DNA of 64,000 nucleotides from Azolla caroliniana (taxonomy: Eukaryota; Plantae; Polypodiophyta), in NCBI GenBank assembly GCA_043228905.1, contig JBHGNT010000013.1, positions 18,724,001-18,788,000 of the forward strand, written 5' to 3'. This document shows, piece by piece, positions 54,231 through 64,000 of the stretch. Both the position numbers and the translations under genes were made by a program. Position 1 is the first letter of the stretch. Every line of letters starts with the position of its first letter. The notes under the pieces are model-generated. The model saw only the letters and a program-made list of their open reading frames with translations. It was not told where the DNA came from and searched no databases.

Positions 54231-54648
54231 TATATGCTAATAAGGATTCATTAGATGTATAAGCTCTTACAACACGTTTGCGTTCACAAGTGGAGGGCCG
54301 CGCATTCCACTTGTAGAATCTTCTTGAAAATATCCAAATATACCCTCTCTACAAAAATTGGATGCACTAGTATCACATGTTCCACAACTTGATTAGAATT
54401 TGCAAATATAAAAATACATGATAGGTCTCCATGTGGAGAACATTAGAAATTCAAATAAGTTTGGATGTGTTGATAAGTTAATGTAGGCATAATAAAGTTC
54501 AACAATGACTCAATATCTCACTAATGTGCAACATGGCAAACACTCAGTTAAAGACTTATATTATTTTGGTAAGTTTTACAAAAATATGAGCTGTACTTGT
54601 AACCATACTAATAAAATGAGTTATAATTTATACTTTGACCCATTCTCG

Positions 54649-54926
54649 TATGTATATAATTGTGGACAATGTAGGATAGTGAACTTTAGGATAATGTGAT
54701 TGGAATAACAAACTTATTAAGGTATTTAATACTTGTATTTAAAGTTCATCTAATCTATTCCTTAGTTTGTTTGCATGGTATCAAACCATATGTATATAAT
54801 TGTGGACAATGTAAGACAATGAACTTTAGGATAATGTGATGGAAATAACAAACCTATTAAGGCTTTCAATACTTGTATTTAAAATTGATCTAATCTATTC
54901 CTTAGGTGATTCCCACGGGATCAAAC
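54649..54926. repeat. 140-bp tandem duplication downstream of the MTase gene
   Basis: tatgtatataattgtggacaatgta...ctaatctattccttag occurs twice. Confidence 0.88.
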
Positions 54927-56542
54927 TCCGAACGATAATGCTAGTGGAACTACAAGTGTATAAAAACATGCGGATAACGCTAGTGGAACCATTATCAACA
55001 AACTACACAATCTAAGCAGCAATAGAAGAGAAACATAATAGTTTTAGCAATAGAAGACAAAGATCCATAATATATGGACTGGTAGTCAGCAATACATGCG
55101 GTGAAACCAATGTCATAAGTCAACAAACCAAGTGTATAGAAATAAAATTGAAACATATAGAAGAATATAAAGAATGGAATACACCAAGTAGAACCCAAAA
55201 TTTGTATTAGTAATGTGAATTCCAAACAATATGTTTCGTCAACAAAAGATTCTATTACATAGCAATCAAATCATCAATGTCATTTTCTTCTTCATCTCTT
55301 ATAGAAGTCTCTTCGGCTATATGTGCATTGTCTTCCCCAGTTAGCTGAGCCAACGTAATATCTTCTATTAGCTCATCATCAAGCTCTATTAGCTCCCCCG
55401 GTTCCCCGGCTAATGGAGGAATAGGCTCTCGCGACGCAAGTTGAAACCTTTCGGTATTAGCGAGGTTCTTTGTACCGACCTCCTCGTCTTGGTTTGGGCA
55501 CTCCCACAAAGCCTTAATCCTCATGTTTATAAATATAACTTGCTCCTCGTCCTTCTCCAATGCAACTGTGTTTTGAAGAGCTTCAATGCACATGTAGACG
55601 TTGTCCCTGTGAAGAAAGCAACAAGAAGAATTAGTTTTCAAACAAAAAAGAATTAGTACTGGTTATCTCAAGATCAATAACCTAGTTTGAGGAATACCTG
55701 TGCCAAAAAAGAGGTATAATATCCAATCTCATTCTATAGAAAACATCTCGATCAAGCGTATCATAAGTCGTTGAGCTTTTTGGTATGGGTTGACAAGTCC
55801 CTGTTCTGTCGTGGTGACATGTCACAATTTCCGTGTCACTGTTGGATATACCAGCAGATTTGAACCTCTAGCTTCATTAGAATGTTCCTTGATTCTTTGT
55901 TTCTTTATTTTATCAAAGTAGTAAACCGTAATGTATTCATTGGCATTTATGAACCGAAAGGTTGGCCCTCTATTGACATTGGTTTTTATCCTATAACAAA
56001 TATTGCATCGAGTTAAGAATAGATTGAACAATATTAAGAAAGGAAATATAGTGAATGAGACTTATAAATAATCCTTACCATGCAAGGTTCTCAATCCCAT
56101 GGCAACGAGATCTCAAAGCTTGATCTACCGAGTACCCTTGGTCCATACCATGAAAGACAACTATCCTCCATAAGGATACAATCGTTAGCTCAGCAAAATC
56201 CTTGACTATCTTCTCTAACAGTTTGAACCTAAAAGGTTCATCGTCGTATGATGACCTTGTCATTCGAAATCTGTATGGAATATCAGCAATCATTAGCATA
56301 TATTCCTTCTTTGGCAATTTTTGGATCATGTAAATGACATCGCCGCAAATCACGTTGTAGTAAAGATCTCTAGTAATGTCCTTTTTGTGGCTAAATTTTT
56401 TGAAGGAGCCATCTTCCTCAATTTCGTACGCCTTGACTAAGCGACGGTCCTTTTCTTTTCTGGCTCTCTCGAGATTTGCAAGGAAGGATGTCGGGAAATC
56501 GTGTATATCCTTAACTTCTCCTTGTTTCTTGCCACGACACGG

Positions 56543-57412
56543 CGTCGTGAAGGATTTGCTTCATGATATAAAAATAAATTTAAATATTGAATTTAGTAAT
56601 ATTTCAAACTCTTGAACCCACAACCTTATAAACCAAGCACAATGTATATACCACTAGGGTAAGCTATTTGTTTTTAGAAATATTGTCAAGAATGTGCTTC
56701 ACTATATAAGAATAAACTTAAATATTGTATTAAGTAAAAATGAGGAACTTGAACTCTCAACCTTGTATATCAAGCACAAAGCATACACCACTAAGCTAAG
56801 TTATTTGTTTTAGGGTTATATCCATCATTATACTTATCTCATATATATTTTCATACATGGGAGCTCAAATGAGCATGATGGCTATCATGCATCACATGCA
56901 ATGCATGTGCGTCAAATGGCGATCATGCATCGCATGTAACTCATGCATTACATGCATGCCATGCTCCTACACATTACCATATGCATGGCAATACTTATAA
57001 AAAGAGGGGAAAGGAAAACAAAAGGGAAATCAAGAGAAAGTTAAAACATACTTAATGAAATAAACAAGCTAGCTTGTTGGTGATGAGGCTCGTGTTTCCA
57101 AGTTCGAGTCAAGGGTTCAAATCAAGAGTCGGTAGAGAAAGGGTTCATCTTGTTATAAAGCATTGTAATGTTGGTAAAAACTTGTTCTCTTAATATAAAT
57201 CATGTTCATATCTTATACTCTTTCTTCTTAAATCATACATTCTCTCTATCTTTTATCTATGCTCATCTCTCTCTCACACATTACTTTAAACTCTTATTCT
57301 TCTTATCCTTAATCTTCCTAACATTTCTGCACAAAGCCTTATAAAAGTTTCGTCAACTCCCTTTAACCTTAGTCCCTGCGACTTCGCCGTACGAACCATA
57401 ACTACCCTGACA
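56543..57412 (+). mobile_element. Solo LTR inserted in exon 4 of the ParB-MTase gene
   Basis: (T>C)GTCGTGAAGG...CCCTGACA with perfect 4-bp TSD acgg; removal restores the frame KPCRGKKQ; TATA-like box at ~56995. Confidence 0.88.
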
Positions 57413-59929
57413 ACGGTTTCTAATAGAAGCAATAAGACATCAAGTATTATTACACAACCTCTACATATGAGGAAAACTTAATGAAAAACAACAATACTAA
57501 CCCAATCCTTGAATGCAATAAAATACTCGGATAATGCCTTATATGAAGACGTTAGAGGATAATCCTCGGTCACTTGTTCCCAAGTTATACATCCAAGTTG
57601 TTTCATCATAACTTCTTGGATCTTCATGTACACCTTATGACTGTGAAATTAGAAAATGAGATTAGAACTTTCAATTGCACCATATTAAATTCAATATCAC
57701 TATTTGAAAGACTTACTTATTGAACTCAGTGACCATTTCTTCAAGGCTTAATTCTTTCGCCACAACCCTTGACAAAATAGACACAAGAAGTTGCTCGTCC
57801 TTAATACCTTGCATCGCTCTCCACAGAGACAACTTCATGTCATCAACCGCTTCTTCAATTGTCGAATCAATTTTCTTGGCTGCTTGTGACTTTAATTCTA
57901 GTTGAGGGTCTACCTTACATTTCTTTTGTTATTCTCCCACATTGAGAAGATTTGATCTTGTAGGTCCCATACTTCTCCATCTCTAAAGGCAAGTTGAAAG
58001 TAGGACTCATATTTCCGAAGACCATCCAACTTAACATTATCATCCACCACAATGCCGACCTCATGAAGGCATTGACGTCGTAGGCCGGGGTGTAGCGTCA
58101 CACCAAACTTTTGTTTAACGTCTAGGTATTCATGGTGGAAGAACCTTATCCGTTCAATAGATGACATTTTTTGCCTATAGTCGTTGTCGTTGTTGTGGTT
58201 CCATGCCGAAAGCTTTGCCTCTTCAGTTGTGAGGCCCACGTATATTTTGCACTTGGCATACTTGAAGAAGAAAGTCGTTGGGTGCTATCTAACAAGTTGC
58301 TGTCGTGCTTCAGTCGAATGTGATCCACCAATTACAAAGTAATTGTATTGATCATGCTTTCTCATGTCGAAGTCCTCAGTTGTGGAACATTCTTTGGGAT
58401 CTACCATCACAATGAAAGGCACAACTGTAGTATGCGAATTTATTTTCATTTTTTTCTTGAGATTCTGAACATGCATTCTGTGTGGCTCTCTGATCTCAAG
58501 TGGTCTTCATCCTGTTTTTACATCTACTGGGGGCCGATGGATGTGTGTTATAGGCAAATTAAACACTTGCCCTTTTCTCACCGGTTTGCGTTGCATTAAC
58601 TCTTTCTGTATCTTATTCTGCTCGGATGAGAACACACCAAATGCCAGCTCAGCACCTGGCGTTCCCCTAGTGTCCTCATCTTCGGTTGAGCTTGATGAGT
58701 CGGAGTCAGAAATTTTAGTGGTCTTCTTTTTTGCTGGTCTTGATTGCACTTTAGATGCCCTTTCTAGGGCCTTCACCGGGGAGGGAAAGGGCTCCCTTAG
58801 AGTTACATGGCCTTGTATATAAGGCCTCAAGGTGACAATAAGGTTTTGTGAGCTTTGTAGATCTTTTTTAAAAGATTCTGGCCCACAAGATTCCTTTACT
58901 GGTCAATCTTCATAAAGGTGCATTTTACGCACCCCCTTTGAGCACTCTATCATTACAAGAATGTTGGCTGAATCTAAATCTTCGTAGTCAAATCGTAAAA
59001 TATGGCCATACATAAATGCGGTGTCATTTTCAAGCTGACCGTCACCCTTCTTCTTTGCCGTATACAACACGACTTTTTTCTTGGAGTCGACGTACTGCAT
59101 ACACCATTCCTTGTCTGTTAGATCACGGTCAGGAAGGTCCTCACCACCAGTAGCAGCTAAGATTTCCTTTTGGCTAATTCTGTCTGATGGTTGAGATTTT
59201 GTCTTCTTGTTGAAGAGAAGTTTTTTTCCTCTTTTCATGTTCTGAGGAACTATTTGTTTTTGGGTCTCAATTGGAGAGCCCTGAATTTGGAGCTTTATTT
59301 TCTTCACAGGTCGGTCAGACAAGCTCTCAAACGACCTATTTAAGAAAGGACGTGCGAAAATATAAGTTAGTTGGTTGCCTAGATTAAGGTTGCATGTTAA
59401 AATATACATAAGCAGACCAAGACAAAAACTAGTAAGCGATTTGTGCTAAACTCTAAATATCAATCATACTTTTTATGAACATGATAGACCTTTATTGTGA
59501 ATTTAAATCTAGTAAGGGCTATTCAACTTCGAATATTATATATCTTATTAATTTTACAAAGATATATATCATATTGGAGGGTAGGTATGGTTTATATTGA
59601 TTCCATATCCAATATTATTAAGAATTTTAATATGATAGATTTGAAATTGGTATCATAAAGGTAATTCATGGGTTATTTTCTATTATTTTGAGCTATTATA
59701 GGTCATAAAACCTGTTTCAATAATGGCGCTAAATGGTACCAAATGTAGCAAATGTCACTAAAAAAGTTTGAATTGGTTATAAAATTGGTATCTTTTCACA
59801 CATATATCAATATGCTCCCCCAAAGACACAATATTCCAGTATAAATTTTGTGTTTTATATAGGAACTCGATACGCCGTATCGAGTTCCTGTATAAAGTGG
59901 GGGTTTTATACATGAATTCGATACGACGT

Positions 59930-60856
59930 TGTCGGGGTAGTTGTGGTTCGTGCGGCGAAGTCACAGGACAGGGACTAAGGTTAAAGGGAGTTGACGAAAC
60001 TTTTATAAGGCTTTGCGCACAAATGTTAGGAAGATTAAGGATAAGAAAAATAAGAGTTTAAAGTAATGTGTGAGAGAGAGATGAGCATAGATAAAAGATA
60101 GAGAGAATGTATGATTTAAGAAGAAAGTGTATAAGATATGAACATGATTTATATTAAGAAAACAAGTTTTTACCAACATTACAATGCTTTATAACAAAAT
60201 GAACCCTTTCTCTACCGACTCTTGATTTGAACCCTTGACTCGAACTTGGAAATACGAGCCTCTTCACCAACAAGCTAACTTCTTTGATTGATGAACTCTT
60301 TCATTTCTTACTTCAAAACACGAGCCTCTTCCCAATGACCTAACTTGTTTGTTTAATTATCTTATTTTCTAAGTTTCTCTTCCCTGCCTCCCTTCTTGCT
60401 TTCCTCCCCCCTCTTTATAGTTGTTCTCATGCAAATGATAATGTGTGGGTGCATAACATGCATGTGATGCATGATTGCCATTTGGCGCACATGCGTTACA
60501 TGTGATGCCTGATAGCCATCATGCTCATCTAAGCTCCCATGTATGAAAATATATATGGGATAACTATAATGATGGACATAAAACTTTAAAATAAATAACC
60601 TAGCTTAATGGTGTATGCTTTGTGCTTGGTATACAAGGTTGAGGGTTCAAGTCCCTCACTTTTACTTAATACAATATTTAGGTTTATTCTTATATAATGA
60701 AGCACACTCTTGAGAACATTTTTAAAAATAAATAGCCTAGCCTAGTGGTATATACATTTTGCTTGGTTTATAAGGTTATGGGTTCAAGTGTTTGAAATAT
60801 TACTAAATACAATATTTAAATTTATTTTTATATCGTGAAACAAATCCTTCACGACA
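59930..60856 (-). mobile_element. Solo LTR, same family as 56543-57412, opposite orientation
   Basis: Plus strand TGTCGGGG...TCACGACA; 4-bp TSD acgt/gcgt; inverted homology to 56543-57412 throughout. Confidence 0.88.
60601..60657 (+). other. tRNA-derived module (A box, anticodon arm, T arm) inside the LTR
   Basis: TAGCTTAATGG ... TTGTG-CTTGGTA-TACAA ... GAGGG-TTCAAGT-CCCTC; no acceptor stem. Confidence 0.65.
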
Positions 60857-61192
60857 GCGTATCGAGTTCTTGTATAAAACACAAACTTTAAACAGGAACT
60901 CGATACGGCGTATCGAGTTCCTGTTTAAAGTTTGTGTTTTATACAGGAACTCCCAAATTTTATACAGGAACTCGATACGCCGTATAAAGTTCTTGAGTGC
61001 TAAAACATATTTACAAAAATGTTCGTACTGCTAGGCGCTTACCTAGATTCTTGACGCTCGCTCTTGTTCGAAGACATAATTCTTGTCGTCGATGCTTATG
61101 GGGAGATGACGATTTGGTGTTGTGTGCTCTGGGTTGTTTGTGCTCTGTGTACTCTGTTCTATGTGTGAGTGATTGCGAAATGAGGGGCTCTT

Positions 61193-61202
61193 CCTATTTA
61201 TA
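61193..61202 (-). promoter_or_regulatory. Putative TATA box of the ParB-MTase gene
   Basis: TATAAATAGG on the minus strand, followed by a CA-rich leader and ATG at 61077. Confidence 0.55.
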
Positions 61203-61338
61203 GGGATTGATCACAGTTACTTTAACCAGGGTTGGTAAACTTAAGGGTAGTTAGTTAGACCTAAGAAAGAGTTTCTTTGACCTTAGGACACTTTTTTCTT
61301 AGACCTTAGTACACTTTATTTAGTACTAATCTTGAATG

Positions 61339-61460
61339 TGTTAGGATTAATACTAAGACAGAGAAGGAATTAGTACTAAAAGATGAGGATTAGTACTAAG
61401 AGAGGTGTAGAACTCTCGAGAGAAGGAAAAAGTGAGTGAGCGAGAGAGATAGAGAGAAAG

Positions 61461-61519
<59 letters not shown>

Positions 61520-61824
61520 GTGAGAGAATGATGATAAAAGATATATATTATGTGAAGAGAGTATACAATAGTAGCTAGGAGGCTTAAGACTGGTGTTGAA
61601 TCGATTTTGTTCGAAATAATGCCTTGTGCCTCCTTTTATAGTATTCTCAGGAATACTCTTGAAGTTTCTAGAATGTTCCAGAGAAATCTGGAATATACAT
61701 CAATTTTCTATAATAAAATTTAAATGAAAATAATATTCTATGTATTACAATAGATGGTATAATGGTCAAGAGCTCGACCTATGTAACCTAAGGTCATGGG
61801 TTCAAATTTTGCCATATGATGACA
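61339..61824 (-). repeat. Gypsy 3' LTR
   Basis: Starts TGTCA right after the PPT (AAGGGGGGATAG, 61836-61825) and ends ...AACA; contains CTATAAAAGG and a (TC)n tract. The 61339 end is inferred. Confidence 0.7.
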
Positions 61825-64000
61825 CTATCCCCCCTTAGCTGGATCCATGGAGATGACATAGCCCAGAAATTCCACCTGGTTGCACTCGAAACTACATTTT
61901 TCTAGCTTTGCATAAAGACCATGTTCTCGAAGTCGTTTTAGTACTAACAATACATGAGAATCATGGTCGTCTTGGGCCTTCGAATAAACCAGTACATTAT
62001 CCAAATAGATGATCAAACAAACATCCAAGAGATCTCGGAATATATCATTTGCCATGTGCTGGAAGACTGCTGGTGCATTAGTGAGGTCGAACGGCATGAC
62101 CGTATACTCAAAGTGCCCATATCTAGTGCGAAACGCGGTCTTCCATTCATCTCCTGGTCGTAAGTCGATCTTCGTGAAGAACCTTGCACCATTGATTCGT
62201 TCTAAAAAACTTGAGATAAGGGGAAGTGCATACCTATTCCGGATTGTGATCTTATTCAAGCCACGGTAATCCACAACGAGACGAAGTGATCCATCTTTTT
62301 TCTTAACGAAGAAAATGGGTGCGCCGGCTGGAGATTTCAAATGCCAAATGAAACCGTTTGCCAAATTCTCCTCTATATAGGCTTGAAGGACTTCCAGCTC
62401 TATTGGGGACAAATTGTAGATCGGTCCCCATGGCGGCTCTTTTCCTGGTTGCAAATCGATGGGGGCAATCATACGGTCGATGGTGAGGAAGCTTACTAGC
62501 TTGTACTTTATCGAACACATTGGCATAATGACGATACTTCTCTGGAAGTTGAACGGTGGGCTCCTCTTTAATGGTGCTAGAGGGTTCTATTATATTGCGA
62601 AGAGAAACATTTCTTCCTTGCGTCCTTCCTCATGCAACTGATGTAGCGAAATGGTTGTAACCTTATGAGTAGATCCTTGGGTTTGTTGACACCGGATTTC
62701 TCTTGTTCTCCAATCTATGTTAGGGTTATGTAATTCGAACCATGGTAATCCCAAAACAATGGGATGTTCTGGGATACTAATTATTTAAAATGATATTACA
62801 CACGCTAAGTTATCTAGGACAATATTAACGGGCTCTGACTCTTCTATGATATTTCTGGAAGCGATGTGACGACCATCAATGACTACTATAGAGGCTGGGC
62901 ACGGGAGTTTTCTTAGGGCTATCTGATGAGCTTGGGCAAAATTCCTATCCATGAAGCAAGAGTTGGCTCCAGAATCTAAGAGTGCTAAGACATGTACTGG
63001 AGGAGTACTTTTAGCACAAACCATTACTTGAACTAAGAACACATTGCTAACTTGCTTAGAAGAAATGGAACCACTAATGGGTTGCACAGATCTAGGGCTG
63101 TCCAACCAAACGGCTCCTATTTTGGCTGAACTTAATCGTTTAACTCTTCTTCTAGTTGACTAAGGATTTCAAATAATAGTTTGAAAGGCTCCGGCTATTA
63201 GGACTATCGGACGCACCTAGAGAAATAGACTCAGGTTTAGTACTATTAGTACTAGCGGTTATTTGATTTACCCGCCTTTTTGGCCGATGGGGACAATTCA
63301 CTGCAATATGCCACGGTCCCCCGCAATACAAACATAGTCAATTTGCCCTGCGTCGCTGCTTTTCTTCTTCTGATAGTGGTCCGCGACGATGTGTGGTGTC
63401 GATTTCCATTGGAGTCGGAGTATTTGTTGGAGATGCATTATATGACTCCCTCAGAATAGGTTTCGCTACCACTGAGGCGTAGGTGGACTCTGATCTTGCC
63501 TTAGCATCTGGAATTGCCGTTCCGAACGTCGTTCGAAAAGACGGTTATCGCATCTCACTGTGCGATTGATTGCTTATGTTAATGACTTTGGTTCTTTGGG
63601 GAAGGTCAAGAGTAAATCCTTGACATCGTTGCGTAAACCATAATGAAATTGCTCCATCAATGCTTGATCATCCCAAGGGATATCGGCGGCAAGTAGGCAG
63701 AAATCTGTAGTGTATGCGGAGGCTGGACAATCACCATGGTGTAATCGTCGGATTTTGTTGATTGCAGTTCTTATGTTGTCAGTATCTCCAAAATAGGCTT
63801 TAAACTCACTTATAAATTCTTCAAAATTGTTTAGTAATGGAGATTCCTTTTCTAACAACGGAGCGAACCATGCCAACACAAAGCCACTAAGTAGGGTGCC
63901 TACTAGTCCTACTCGTGATGCATCGGTGGGATATCGAGAAGGATGCATTTGAATCACTAAACATACCTGGTTCAAAAAACCTCTAAACTGTGATCGGGTC
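61339..64000 (-). mobile_element. Ty3/Gypsy retrotransposon (chromovirus, Tcn1-like), internally deleted; continues beyond the window
   Basis: Retrotrans gag 63975-63574, CLYCGGPWHIAVNC knuckle ~63340, protease ALLDSGA 63105-62785, RT 62526-61825 ([14 protein letters not shown]); no RNase H or integrase. Confidence 0.9.

Larger units (their letters stand above)
59856..60991. repeat. Palindrome array GGAACTCGATACG-N-CGTATCGAGTTCC, interrupted by a solo LTR
   Basis: Copies centred at 59875, ~59926 (split by the LTR), 60908 (perfect 37-bp arms, 60871-60945) and ~60979. Confidence 0.9.
55255..61077 (-). pseudogene. Spliced gene for a ParB/Srx-like domain fused to a beta-class DNA amino-methyltransferase (~960 codons), disrupted
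   Basis: Exons 61077-61043, 59335-57717, 57640-57502, 57419-56079 (interrupted by a solo LTR), 55990-55698 and 55606-55255; GT-AG, phase-compatible. Motifs YFVIGGSHSTEA, GLTTEEAKLSAWNHN, ICGDV...LMIADIPY, W|IK...EYI, NPYQKA..L..RLI..FS...DWIL.LFFGTG|TT..CA...VALEKD. Confidence 0.85.

Noticed and set aside
54286-54372. Hairpin and CACTAGT as the terminus of the MTase-carrying element
   Set aside because: No CTRR after the hairpin and no matching TIR or TSD in the window.
60601-60657. Functional tRNA-Pro gene
   Set aside because: No acceptor stem and located inside an LTR; reported as a tRNA-derived module instead.
59856-60991. CRISPR-like array
   Set aside because: The spacers are related to each other, the context is eukaryotic, and there are no cas genes.
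55255-61077. Bacterial or phage contamination as the source of the MTase
   Set aside because: The gene has spliceosomal introns conserved in two copies, carries plant LTR insertions, and is contiguous with plant genes.

Overview
AT-rich, microsatellite-laden plant nuclear DNA with GT-AG introns; a non-seed vascular plant such as a fern is my inference. The first ~45 kb holds ordinary genes: an ICME-like methylesterase, a non-plastid PiT/PHO4 phosphate transporter, maspardin/SPG21, tRNA-Asp(GUC), a glyoxal/galactose oxidase, an orphan ORF and a plastid J20-like DnaJ. These are interspersed with MITEs and decayed LINEs. The last ~19 kb is a nest of mobile DNA. Its main surprise is that many small minus-strand ORF fragments assemble into a six-exon spliced gene of ~960 codons (61077->55255). 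It encodes a ParB/Srx-like domain fused to a prokaryote-type beta-class DNA amino-methyltransferase (DIPY ... PYQK ... FxGxG). A second, diverged copy with the same intron positions lies at 47708->46222. Both copies are pseudogenized here. Intron 1 contains an array of GGAACTCGATACG-N-CGTATCGAGTTCC palindromes, including a perfect 37-bp-arm inverted repeat. Two solo LTRs inserted in the gene and a neighbouring Gypsy LTR carry antisense tRNA-like (A-box/B-box) modules. A Copia element between the two MTase copies appears chimeric. All calls were made by eye; no database searches were run.
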